A stretch of 64,000 nt of DNA from an uncultured Chitinophagaceae bacterium (lineage in GTDB: Bacteria > Bacteroidota > Bacteroidia > Chitinophagales > Chitinophagaceae): positions 5,399 to 69,398 of the forward strand of contig CBKWHA010000002.1 of the NCBI GenBank assembly GCA_966674115.1, written 5' to 3'. Below, in pieces: positions 1 to 8,599 of the stretch. A program made the translations under genes and the position numbers. Under the pieces are notes generated by a model that saw only the letters and a program-made list of their open reading frames with translations, was not told the DNA's origin and made no database searches. Within the stretch, counting starts at the first letter, position 1. Each line of letters opens with the position of its first letter.

Positions 1-530
1 CGGTTATACTGCTTACGGCTGTTGGGAACGAAGAAATTCAATTAGAAGGGTATGAGATCGGTATCAATGATTACATTACAAAGCCGTTTACTTTTGAGAT
101 CCTGGCGTCCAGAATAAAAAACCTGCTGGCACAACAAAAATTATTAAAGAAAAACTTCCAGAAGCAGCTAGACATAAATCCCAGTGATATAACAATAACG
201 CCTTTGGACGAACTATTTATGAAGCAGGCTTTAGCATCTGTGGAAAAAAATATAGGGAACCCGGATTATTCGGTAGAAGACCTAAGCCGTGACATGCATA
301 TGAGTCGTGTTGCTCTTTATAAAAAGATCTTAGCTCTTACCGGTAAAGCTCCTTTAGAGTTTATTCGTACTATTCGTCTGAAAAGAGGCGCACAATTGCT
401 GGAAAGAAGTGGTAAGTCAATAGCTGAGATTGCCTATGAAGTAGGATTTAATAATCCTAAAAACTTTTCCAGGTATTTTAAAGAGGAATTCAAAGTTTTA
501 CCCTCGCAGTATGTAACACAAAAAGAATAA
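1..530 (+). CDS. 3' part of a hybrid two-component protein: end of a CheY-like receiver domain followed by an AraC/XylS-type HTH domain (5' end outside the window)
   Basis: Frame 3 is open from nt 3 and in frame with the 204..530 ORF. The translation ...GYEIGINDYITKPFTFEILASRIKNLL... is a receiver C-terminus. It is followed by ...VEDLSRDMHMSRVALYKKI...IAEIAYEVGFNNPKNFSRYFKEEF, a typical AraC HTH pair. Confidence 0.8.
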   Translation, partial: VILLTAVGNEEIQLEGYEIGINDYITKPFTFEILASRIKNLLAQQKLLKKNFQKQLDINPSDITITPLDELFMKQALASVEKNIGNPDYSVEDLSRDMHMSRVALYKKILALTGKAPLEFIRTIRLKRGAQLLERSGKSIAEIAYEVGFNNPKNFSRYFKEEFKVLPSQYVTQKE

Positions 531-579
531 TAAAAGATACGGCATAAAATTTTATAATTGCTATAATAAAATTCCTATT

Positions 580-807
580 ATGAAAAAGGGAGCATCAAAT
601 AAAAAAAAGAACAAAACCAGGGAACTAGGCCAGGATGCTACCCGTGCGAGGGTTCCACGTGATGACAGGCAAGCAGTAGCTGCGGCACATGAACAGGCTG
701 AAAAGGATATGCAGGAGGATCCGGAATTTACGGCAAGCAGCCCAAATGATGATCTGGATGAAGGTGAATCAGCTCGATTAGGTGAAGATAAAACAGATGT
801 TATATAA
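580..807 (+). CDS. Small, highly charged hydrophilic protein (75 aa), unknown function
   Basis: ORF rich in K/D/E/R/Q with no hydrophobic core. It ends 7 nt before the VOC gene start. Coding status is uncertain. Confidence 0.4.
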   Translation: MKKGASNKKKNKTRELGQDATRARVPRDDRQAVAAAHEQAEKDMQEDPEFTASSPNDDLDEGESARLGEDKTDVI

Positions 808-813
808 TTAAAT

Positions 814-1224
814 ATGAATGCTAAGCTATTTAAACGACCAGTCATCAACCATATTGCAGTTTATGTTGTTGATTTAGAAAAAAGTACTTCATTTTATCGT
901 GATGTCCTGTGCCTGGAAATGATCCCTGAACCATTTAAGAGGGGAATGCATAGCTGGTTCCAAATTTCTGGAAACTGCCAGTTACATTTGGTTGCAGGTG
1001 CACAGGAATTAATGTCACACAACATTAATAATCATATAAGTTTCACTACATCTAATCTAGATGATTTTATTCGACACCTTGTTAAGGCAGGCATTCTTTT
1101 TTACAACGCAAATGGAGAAGAAGGAATTGTTCATATTAGGCCGGATGGTATCAGGCAGATTTTTTTTCAGGATCCTGATGGATATTGGCTTGAGATGAAT
1201 GATGAGCAATTCGCACTGGCATGA
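814..1224 (+). CDS. VOC (glyoxalase/bleomycin-resistance/dioxygenase) family protein
   Basis: INHIAVYVVDLEKSTSFYRDVL...HLV...HISF...FFQDPDGYWLEMND is the typical paired beta-alpha-beta-beta-beta VOC pattern. It is a paralogue of 56105..56563. Confidence 0.85.
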   Translation: MNAKLFKRPVINHIAVYVVDLEKSTSFYRDVLCLEMIPEPFKRGMHSWFQISGNCQLHLVAGAQELMSHNINNHISFTTSNLDDFIRHLVKAGILFYNANGEEGIVHIRPDGIRQIFFQDPDGYWLEMNDEQFALA

Positions 1225-1283
1225 AAGTTTCTTTTGTTTGTTAATAAATAACATTTAGTAACTCATCATTAAAACAATGTGTT

Positions 1284-1505
1284 ATGGCAAACAGAAGAGA
1301 TAGGCAACAATCGCATGATACCAAAGGTGAAGCGCAAAATGTAAATATTGATCCTGAAAGGGCCGGCAAGCTGGGCGGAAATGATAAAGACGTTGAACAT
1401 GCAAAGAATAAAGCCACAGAAGGTATCCGGCAAAGGAGGGATGAAAGTACGGGCAGCAGCAATAAGAATAGGGATAGGATGAACGATATTACAGGTGTTG
1501 AGTAG
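1284..1505 (+). CDS. Small hydrophilic protein (73 aa), possibly a stress-protein-like hydrophilin
   Basis: Very polar ORF. The segment DPERAGKLGGN weakly resembles the KGG stress-protein repeat (YciG type). It is followed by a strong hairpin terminator. Confidence 0.45.
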   Translation: MANRRDRQQSHDTKGEAQNVNIDPERAGKLGGNDKDVEHAKNKATEGIRQRRDESTGSSNKNRDRMNDITGVE

Positions 1506-1516
1506 GAGTATTTATA

Positions 1517-1553
1517 GTTTATGGTTTTACGAACCAAAACCATAAACTTATTA
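1517..1553 (+). terminator. Intrinsic terminator hairpin
   Basis: Perfect 12-bp stem gtttatggtttt / aaaaccataaac with a 7-nt loop, followed by a T-rich tail. Confidence 0.6.
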
Positions 1554-1606
1554 TAGACTTTTCCATCAATTATATACACATTTGCAGGGCCAAACTTTGA
1601 AATTTT

Positions 1607-1972
1607 ATGAAGTTTTTCTGCAGTTTAGCTCTGTTGTTTATTAGTATATTTTTTAATGCCTGCGCTCCTAAGATTATACAAACTGGAAAGGCATCTTACT
1701 ATGCCGATAAGTTCAATGGGAGGAAAACTGCAAATGGTGAAATATTCAGCAATTCGAAACTTACAGCAGCACATAAAACCTTACCTTTTGGAACCAGGGT
1801 AAGGGTAACTAACTTGCGCAATGGAAAATCTGTAAAAGTACGCATCAATGACCGTGGGCCATTTGTTGCTGGCCGAATGATCGATTTGTCTAAAGAGGCT
1901 GCAAAAAAAATTGATATGGTAAATTCCGGGATCGGGAACGTGAAAATCAAATACAGGAAAAAAAGTAGATAA
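1607..1972 (+). CDS. rlpA: RlpA-like (double-psi beta-barrel) septal ring lytic transglycosylase family lipoprotein
   Basis: Signal peptide with Cys (FFNAC), then [19 protein letters not shown]...[33 protein letters not shown], the RlpA/DPBB signature. Confidence 0.8.
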   Translation: MKFFCSLALLFISIFFNACAPKIIQTGKASYYADKFNGRKTANGEIFSNSKLTAAHKTLPFGTRVRVTNLRNGKSVKVRINDRGPFVAGRMIDLSKEAAKKIDMVNSGIGNVKIKYRKKSR

Positions 1973-2004
1973 TGAATCAATAGGTTTTCTACTTATAGCT
2001 ATGC

Positions 2005-2253
2005 CTAACACTCCGAATACTCGGATAAAAAAGTTCCATTTACGGCTATAATTGTTTGTATGGGAATTTCTAAACCATTGGCCAGTTTAATTGAACTGTC
2101 TTTACCATCTTCCTTGAATTCGACAATGAAATCTTCTGCCCGGGTCATCCCATGGTCATCATAAAGCAAGGACGCTTTTGTTTTTTCCTGGAAAAGTTCT
2201 AAAAGCATCTTTTTAAAGGTTTCCGTAACTACTAAGGTCTTTCTACTGTCCAT
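2005..2253 (-). CDS. Hypothetical small protein (82 aa). Weak, unverified resemblance to Rof-type small beta proteins.
   Basis: Clean ORF divergent from prfB. No motif I can name with certainty. Confidence 0.45.
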   Translation of the reverse strand: MDSRKTLVVTETFKKMLLELFQEKTKASLLYDDHGMTRAEDFIVEFKEDGKDSSIKLANGLEIPIQTIIAVNGTFLSEYSEC

Positions 2254-2284
2254 AAAGAATGATTTGCATTACAAAATTACTTTT

Positions 2285-2292
2285 TATTTTTG
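2285..2292 (+). promoter_or_regulatory. Candidate Bacteroidota -7 promoter box (TAnnTTTG) for prfB
   Basis: TATTTTTG lies 7 nt upstream of the prfB ATG at 2299. Confidence 0.3.
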
Positions 2293-2298
2293 CCCGCT

Positions 2299-3391
2299 AT
2301 GACACAAGAAAATTTAAAGGATATAAGGGACCGAGTTGTTGTCCTGAGGAGGTTTCTTTGACGTCGAGAACCGCAAACAAAAAATAGATAACGACAAGCA
2401 ATTATCACTTTCACCAGGTTTTTGGGATGATAACGACCGCGCCACCTCTATTTTAAAGGATATTAAACTTAATGAATATTGGGTGAACCTTTATGAAGGA
2501 GTAGAAAGTTCAGTGGAGGATTTTGCTGTTCTGTTTGAGTTCTGGAAAGAAGGAGAAGGAAGTGAAGAGGAAGTAAAAGCGGCCTATGATAAGGCTTTAG
2601 AACTTATTGAAGAAGCAGAATTCAAGAGTACGCTGAATGAGCCAGAGGACGAGCTTCCAGCCGTGTTGCAGATCAATTCAGGTGCTGGTGGAACGGAAAG
2701 CCAGGACTGGGCAGAAATGCTGTCGCGTATGTACCGCATGTATGGCGAAAAACAGGGCTGGAAAGTAACCGAGTTGGACTGGCAACCTGGAGATGGTGCC
2801 GGCATTAAAACCTGTACATTCCAGTTTGATGGTCCGTTTGCCTATGGTTTTTTAAAAGCAGAAAGTGGTGTACACCGCTTGGTACGCATTTCACCTTTTG
2901 ACGCCAACGCCAGGAGGCATACATCTTTTGCCTCTATATTTGTTTACCCTCTGGTAGATGACACGATTAATATTGAGGTAAAAGACAGTGAGGTAAAAAT
3001 GGAAACAGCTCGTAGTGGAGGAGCCGGTGGCCAGAATGTGAACAAGGTAGAGACTAAAGTGATGCTGACCCATATACCTACGGGAATTGTTGTGGTTTGC
3101 CAGACAGAAAGAACACAGTTGGGTAACAGGGAAAAGGCAATGCAAATGCTGAAGAGCCGGTTGTATGAAGAAGAATTGCGCAAAAGGGAGGAGGCTAAAA
3201 ATGCAGCCAATGCCAATAAGAAAAAGATCGAATGGGGGTCACAAATACGCAGTTATGTCTTCCATCCATATAAAATGATCAAGGATCACAGAACTGACTA
3301 CGAGGTGGGTAATGTGCAGCCGGTAATGGATGGTGAACTGGATGGCTTTATTAAGGCTTACCTGATGCAACTCAAAGAAGAAAATGCATAA
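2299..3391 (+). CDS. prfB: Peptide chain release factor 2, made by a programmed +1 frameshift: join(2299..2358,2360..3391)
   Basis: Frame 1 gives [20 protein letters not shown], then an in-frame TGA at 2359. The +1 frame from 2360 is open and continuous with the 2483..3391 ORF. SPF and GGQ ([11 protein letters not shown]) motifs are present. Total length is about 363 aa. Confidence 0.95.
2347..2362 (+). promoter_or_regulatory. prfB +1 frameshift cassette: internal SD-like AGGAGG, 3-nt spacer, slippery CTT TGA C
   Basis: Sequence AGGAGGTTTCTTTGAC: AGGAGG at 2347-2352 and CTTTGAC at 2356-2362. Confidence 0.9.
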
Positions 3392-3398
3392 AAAGTTT

Positions 3399-3440
3399 AA
3401 AGACCCGTAAGATTCAAAAATCCTTGCGGGTCTTTTCTCT
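3399..3440. terminator. Hairpin shared by convergent prfB and the 3414..4421 gene
   Basis: aaagacccg...cgggtcttt stem followed by tctc. It overlaps the stop codon and last codons of the minus-strand gene. Confidence 0.5.
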
Positions 3441-4421
3441 AGAAAACTGGTAACAAAAATAGAATCGCTTTGCAACGTTTATTGGCTTTTCCATGTCGCA
3501 GATCAATTGTTTCCGTCCAAACTGCATGAAGTCAGATTGATAAGCTAAGGGTTGCAGGAGCTTTTCCAGTTTTAAAATAGCAATCCATCCACTGGCAACT
3601 ACATAGTTTATTATAATCAGGAAATCTTCTTTGCGCTTTGTTGGAAAGTCTAAGTGCATTAACATTTTCCTGAACTTTACAGCTTCTTTATAGTAAAACC
3701 TCTTCATGGCTGGAAAATTCCGGTTAAGATTGGGCACCGTATAAATGCCTGCGTGCAGATCCTTATGCACATCAAAAACATCATTAGCTAACTGCAACAG
3801 GCCAGAATAGGTGTACAATACATTTTTATAAAGATCTGAATGCTGTATATCCAATACGTCCTGATACAGAAGAAAGGCATAATACCCTTTATCGTATGTG
3901 ATTTGGTACAATTCTTCATCCGAAAGTTGCCGGTCCATTTGCCTTAATGATGCAAGCTGGCTTAGGTAAACTTTATGAAAGGTTTCCATATACCGTTCCG
4001 GAAATGGCACATGTTCCATCATCCATATATGAATCTCTCGGAATACTAACTCTTCAAATGACTGGGGTTGGTAAGCATAAGGGCTCATTGTTAGGGATTT
4101 GATCTTTGCCTTATCAAGAGTTCCCTCATCAAAAAAATCATCGTACAAGGGCGAAAGGATGCCAAACATTGTAGCACATTGCTGCTCCAATGTTGTCATC
4201 ATTTTGCCGTTTAACTTGCTATAAGCATTGCAGATAACAGCCGGAACATAAACTCCGTAATATTGATAAATCTTTTTGAAAACTGACGGGGAAAACTTAC
4301 CCTGGTGTCTGATCTCAAGTTCATTTAATAATGCCAATAACCAGTTTTTATTGAACTGTTGTTGGGATTGTACTTCTCTTTGCAGTTGTTTAGAAATCCG
4401 AACCATTTGAAGCAGATGCAT
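3414..4421 (-). CDS. Class I isoprenoid-synthase-like protein (squalene/phytoene-synthase- or terpene-synthase-like), function unknown
   Basis: Two Asp-rich motifs lie 120 residues apart: LYDDFFDE (D94,D95,D98) and LQLANDVFDVHKDLHAGIYTVP (N213,D214,D217,D221). The sequence looks helical. Confidence 0.55.
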   Translation of the reverse strand: MHLLQMVRISKQLQREVQSQQQFNKNWLLALLNELEIRHQGKFSPSVFKKIYQYYGVYVPAVICNAYSKLNGKMMTTLEQQCATMFGILSPLYDDFFDEGTLDKAKIKSLTMSPYAYQPQSFEELVFREIHIWMMEHVPFPERYMETFHKVYLSQLASLRQMDRQLSDEELYQITYDKGYYAFLLYQDVLDIQHSDLYKNVLYTYSGLLQLANDVFDVHKDLHAGIYTVPNLNRNFPAMKRFYYKEAVKFRKMLMHLDFPTKRKEDFLIIINYVVASGWIAILKLEKLLQPLAYQSDFMQFGRKQLICDMEKPINVAKRFYFCYQFSREKTRKDF

Positions 4422-4506
4422 ATGGCAAAATAAATTGAAAAATTGAGATAGAGGTAATTAGCTGGTTCTTTTGAATAGATATAGGTGTCTATTCATGATT
4501 AATAAG

Positions 4507-4514
4507 TAGGTTTG
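4507..4514 (+). promoter_or_regulatory. Candidate -7 promoter box (TAnnTTTG) for pruA
   Basis: TAGGTTTG lies 16 nt upstream of the ATG at 4530. The TTG used as ORF-track start (4512) lies inside this box. Confidence 0.35.
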
Positions 4515-4529
4515 TATAAAGCTTTTTTA

Positions 4530-6173
4530 ATGAACCTTGGATATTTTTCTTACCCTTTACCTACCAATGAGCCAGTATATGGTTACGCCATAGGGAGTCC
4601 GGAAAGAACGGCGTTGAAAAAAGTCCTGGCTGAATTAAAAAGTCACAAGATAGATGTGCCCATGTATATTGGAAGCGAAGAAGTGAGGACAGGAAATAAA
4701 CAGCCTTTGCGGCCACCTCATGAAACAGGGCATCTTTTAGGGTTTTATCATGAAGGAAGTGAAGAACATATACACCAGGCCATTGAAGCAGCTTTGGTTG
4801 CAAAAGAAACATGGGCTGCTATGAGCTGGGAAAGCCGTGCAAATATCTTCTTGCGTGCTGCCGATCTAATAGCTGTAAAATACCGTTATTACATGAACGG
4901 TACAACTATGTTGGGGCAAAGCAAGAATGTTTTCCAGGCAGAGATCGACAGTGCCTGTGAACTGATCGATTTCCTGCGTTTTAATGTACATTTTCTTAGT
5001 GAGATTTATAAACAGCAACCGATCAGTACACCTGGTATGCACAACCGTATGGAATGGCGTCCGCTTGAAGGATTTGTATTGGCTATTACTCCATTCAATT
5101 TTACGGCCATTGCCGGAAATTTACCTACAGCCCCAGCTATGTGCGGTAATGTTGTTGTTTGGAAGGTGGCACATACACAAATTTTTTCAGCTCAAATGTT
5201 CATGCGCATCTTAAAAGAGGCCGGGCTTCCAGATGGTGTGATCAATTTAATTTATGTGGATGGACCTACTCTGGGAAAAGTGTGTTTTTCTCACCGTGAA
5301 TTTGCTGGTGTCCATTTCACAGGGTCTACAGGTGTATTCAACAGCATGTGGAAGGCTATCGGGGAAAACATTGCTACTTACCGTTCTTACCCAAGAATAG
5401 TAGGAGAGACCGGGGGTAAAGATTTTGTCATTGCACATAGGTCAGCAAATGCTAATGTGGTGTCAACAGCTTTGTTGCGGGGTGCTTTTGAATACCAGGG
5501 ACAAAAATGTTCAGCGGCCTCAAGGGCTTATATCCCTTCTAATCTTGCTGAAGAAGTGAAGAAGTTACTGGTGGACGGCATTCATTCTTTCAGGATGGGC
5601 AATGTGGAAGACTTTGGCAACTTTATCAATGCGGTAATTGATGAACGGAGCTTTGATAAAATAGCTTCATATATAGATGGTGTACAAAACAGTAATGATG
5701 CAAAGGTCTTAGTAGGAGGAAAATATGATAAGTCGAAGGGATTTTTTATATACCCGACTGTTATAGAAGCATTCAATCCAAGATTTGTAACTATGTGCGA
5801 GGAGATATTTGGTCCGGTATTGACCATTTACATCTACGATGAAAATCAGTTTGAAGAAACACTGGAATTGGTTGATAGAACTTCTCCTTATGCACTTACA
5901 GGTTCCATAATAGCCCAGGACCGGTATGCTATTGAATTGGCAACAGCAAAGCTGCGAAATGCGGCTGGAAATTTTTATATCAATGATAAGCCTACCGGAG
6001 CAGTAGTTGGTCAACAGCCATTTGGCGGTGCCAGGGCTAGCGGTACCAATGATAAAGCAGGCTCAATGATCAATCTGTACCGTTGGTTGAGTGTCAGAAC
6101 AATAAAAGAAACATTTGTTCCACCTACTGATTACCGTTATCCATTCTTAAGAGGAGAGAGTGAGGGTATTTAG
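4530..6173 (+). CDS. pruA: L-glutamate gamma-semialdehyde (1-pyrroline-5-carboxylate) dehydrogenase
   Basis: Aldehyde dehydrogenase superfamily with the long PruA-type N-terminus (PLPTNEPVYGYAIGSPER), VGETGGKDF, QGQKCSAASR and EEIFGPVL. I prefer the ATG at 4530 over the TTG at 4512. Confidence 0.9.
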   Translation: MNLGYFSYPLPTNEPVYGYAIGSPERTALKKVLAELKSHKIDVPMYIGSEEVRTGNKQPLRPPHETGHLLGFYHEGSEEHIHQAIEAALVAKETWAAMSWESRANIFLRAADLIAVKYRYYMNGTTMLGQSKNVFQAEIDSACELIDFLRFNVHFLSEIYKQQPISTPGMHNRMEWRPLEGFVLAITPFNFTAIAGNLPTAPAMCGNVVVWKVAHTQIFSAQMFMRILKEAGLPDGVINLIYVDGPTLGKVCFSHREFAGVHFTGSTGVFNSMWKAIGENIATYRSYPRIVGETGGKDFVIAHRSANANVVSTALLRGAFEYQGQKCSAASRAYIPSNLAEEVKKLLVDGIHSFRMGNVEDFGNFINAVIDERSFDKIASYIDGVQNSNDAKVLVGGKYDKSKGFFIYPTVIEAFNPRFVTMCEEIFGPVLTIYIYDENQFEETLELVDRTSPYALTGSIIAQDRYAIELATAKLRNAAGNFYINDKPTGAVVGQQPFGGARASGTNDKAGSMINLYRWLSVRTIKETFVPPTDYRYPFLRGESEGI

Positions 6174-6198
6174 GCTAAATGTAGCTTATTTTGATCCC

Positions 6199-6224
6199 AA
6201 CGGCCACAAGTTTTTGTGGCCGTT
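6199..6224. terminator. Bidirectional intrinsic terminator between convergent genes
   Basis: 11-bp stem aacggccacaa / ttgtggccgtt with a 4-nt loop, and A/T runs on both sides. Confidence 0.7.
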
Positions 6225-6272
6225 TAAATTACAAAATGAAACAAATTAACTAATGGATAAGCTATCGAGCGT

Positions 6273-6863
6273 CTATTGGTTATTGTTCGTTCTGGTTCTT
6301 CCTCCAGCGCCAAAATGGATCCGGAAACCAACATTTACACCTAACGTATTGGCTCTATGGACTTTACCTGATATGTCTTTATGCCAGTCACCACCTTCTG
6401 AATAATAAAATAATGTAAACTCCAATGCAGCGCGATCGTTTAAAAAAATAGCAGGGCCAGCCGAAACTCCCCATGCGTTTATACCTTCCTTTTCTTCTGT
6501 ACCCTGAGTGCCAAAACCATATGTAGCATCAGCAAAAACATTCACATTTTGAGTAGCGGGTAAGAAGTAATATCTAATAAAAGGTGCTGCTAATAAATAA
6601 ACAAATGCTTCATCATCGCCCTTTGCTTTGCTGGAGTTAAAAGCCAATCGTAAGCCACCTGCTAAGTTGTCAATGAAAAAATAACCTACATCTGGAATTA
6701 TAGTAAAAGTAGATGTTCGTGAATCATCATCAGCATCTTCAACCTTATCGGATCTAAAATTAAATGTTGACGCTCCTCCAACCATCCATTGACCTTGATA
6801 GATCTGTGCAGATGTAATTGTTGTAGTAATGGCTAATATTGCCAATGATAAAATTTTTTTCAT
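6273..6863 (-). CDS. Outer-membrane beta-barrel protein
   Basis: Signal peptide (MKKILSLAILAITTTITSAQ), alternating amphipathic strands, Gly/aromatic-rich. The C-terminal strand ends in ...VGFRIHFG. Confidence 0.75.
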   Translation of the reverse strand: MKKILSLAILAITTTITSAQIYQGQWMVGGASTFNFRSDKVEDADDDSRTSTFTIIPDVGYFFIDNLAGGLRLAFNSSKAKGDDEAFVYLLAAPFIRYYFLPATQNVNVFADATYGFGTQGTEEKEGINAWGVSAGPAIFLNDRAALEFTLFYYSEGGDWHKDISGKVHRANTLGVNVGFRIHFGAGGRTRTNNNQ

Positions 6864-7219
6864 GATTTCGTTGTTTAAGGTTTATAATGCAGAGAAAATA
6901 ATAAGGTTGTATTTGAAGGAATGACTAGATTTTCACCATACGCATTTTGTTTTAGTTTAAAAAATATTGAAGGTAAAGGTTGTAAAATCCTATTAAGGAC
7001 AATAAAAATTAAAATAATGCTGCATCTATAGGTCTGCCTGAATAGATAAAGATTTGCGTATGCGTAATCATGAGTTTTTTAATTGCATTATTCTTTATTT
7101 CTACTTGTTGTTAACCGTTATATACATGATAATATAAACCTAGAATACTAACTTAAGTTTAAAATGCTATTTTAAAAAGCGGCCTCTTTTTTGTACATAC
7201 AGCTCAAAAATTACGAACT

Positions 7220-7825
7220 ATGAAAAAGGTTTATTTATTCTTCAGCATTTTAATGTTGAGTACAGTAGCTTTTGCGCAGCATGTTCCAAAATTTGGTTTA
7301 AAAGCTGGGGCTAATTTTGCCAATTGGTCGTCTGATAATGATGATGTAGAATATGATTTAAGGACGGGTTTTCATGTAGGAGGTCTTGCTCATATTCACC
7401 TGGCTCCGGAATGGGCGTTACAACCTGAGTTGCAATATTCACAGCAAGGAACAAAAACTGATTTAGGCAATTTAGGTGAATTCACCTGGAAGGTAGATTA
7501 TATCAATATACCCGTAATGGTCCAGTATATGTTCAATAATGGCTTTAGGTTGGAAGCTGGACCTCAGTTAGGGTTTCTTTTAAGTGCAAAACAGGAAGAT
7601 GATAACGATCATGAAGTAGATATAGATGATGAGTTTAAAAAAATAGATGTGGCCTTAGGTTTTGGAGTGAATTATTTAACATACTCTGGCTTCGGAATCG
7701 GAGCCCGTTATAATTTAGGCCTGACGGATATTAATGAAGAAAGGACAAACGAAATTAAAAACAGGGTATTACAAGTTAGTCTCTTCTACATGTTTGATAG
7801 TCAACATAAAGCAAAGTCCAGGTAA
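7220..7825 (+). CDS. Porin-family (PorT/OMP_b-brl_2-like) outer-membrane beta-barrel protein
   Basis: Signal peptide ending AFAQ, then FGLKAGANFANW..., ...IGARYNLGLTDI... and a terminal ...LQVSLFYMF beta-signal. Confidence 0.8.
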   Translation: MKKVYLFFSILMLSTVAFAQHVPKFGLKAGANFANWSSDNDDVEYDLRTGFHVGGLAHIHLAPEWALQPELQYSQQGTKTDLGNLGEFTWKVDYINIPVMVQYMFNNGFRLEAGPQLGFLLSAKQEDDNDHEVDIDDEFKKIDVALGFGVNYLTYSGFGIGARYNLGLTDINEERTNEIKNRVLQVSLFYMFDSQHKAKSR

Positions 7826-7852
7826 TCAAAAGCTACAGGAGCAAAATTTATT

Positions 7853-7889
7853 AAAGGACCATGCTCAGAGCATGGTCCTTTAATTTTTT
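7853..7889 (+). terminator. Intrinsic terminator
   Basis: aaaggaccatgc / gcatggtccttt palindrome followed by aatttttt. Confidence 0.75.
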
Positions 7890-7974
7890 ATTATTAGAAT
7901 ATGTAAACAGTAAATAAGTGGTTCATGTTCTATATTTCAATATTTTTCATTTGTAAATCGGTATAATTCTATCA

Positions 7975-8535
7975 ATGAAAATGATTGAATGCCTACTTTT
8001 ATGCAAATTTCTTGGCTTGAAGACAATATTGAATCATCAGCAAATAAGTTTAACGATCAAACGCCTGGCAAACCAGGTTCTGGAGAACCACGTACAATTG
8101 CATAATACAGTTTTAATAGGTATTCAACCTCGTGGAATAAGGTTGTCAGATAGAATCGTTGCAGAGGTTGGCAATGAAATAAATAATAAAGAAATTCAAT
8201 ATGGAAAGTTGGATATAACATTTTACCGGGATGATATTAGAAAAGAAATTCATTTTCCCAACCAAACTGATATTAATTTTTCCATAGAAGGCAAAAATGT
8301 TGTGCTAATTGATGACGTTTTATACACCGGCCGCACAATAAGGGCAGCCCTTGATGCGCTCATGGATTTTGGCCGTCCTGAAAAAGTAGAGCTTTTGGTG
8401 TTGATTGATCGCCGCTATAGCCGTCAGTTACCTATACAGCCGGATTATACCGGAAAAACAATAGATTCCATTATATCTCAAAAAGTTAAGGTTTTATGGG
8501 ATGAGGAAAGTGGAGATTCTGTTGTCCTCGATTGA
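7975..8535 (+). CDS. pyrR: Bifunctional pyrimidine regulatory protein / uracil phosphoribosyltransferase PyrR
   Basis: ...ISLTIKRLANQVLE..., YGKLDITFYRDD and the PRPP loop VVLIDDVLYTGRTIRAAL. The true start may be the TTG at 8017 or the ATG at 7981. Confidence 0.85.
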   Translation: MKMIECLLLCKFLGLKTILNHQQISLTIKRLANQVLENHVQLHNTVLIGIQPRGIRLSDRIVAEVGNEINNKEIQYGKLDITFYRDDIRKEIHFPNQTDINFSIEGKNVVLIDDVLYTGRTIRAALDALMDFGRPEKVELLVLIDRRYSRQLPIQPDYTGKTIDSIISQKVKVLWDEESGDSVVLD

Positions 8536-8584
8536 TTATAAGGGTGCCTCTGCTTTGAATTTCATGGTTTATTTTCATTTCCTT

Positions 8585-8592
8585 TATCTTTG
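8585..8592 (+). promoter_or_regulatory. Candidate -7 box (TAnnTTTG) before pyrB
   Basis: TATCTTTG lies 8 nt upstream of the ATG at 8600. Confidence 0.3.
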
Positions 8593-8599
8593 ATTTTTA

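Noticed and set aside
7890-8599. PyrR-dependent attenuator RNA in the pyrR and pyrB leaders
   Set aside because: No CCAGAGAGG-type binding loop or terminator/antiterminator pair is visible. The pyrR-pyrB spacer is only 64 nt and contains a -7-like box instead.
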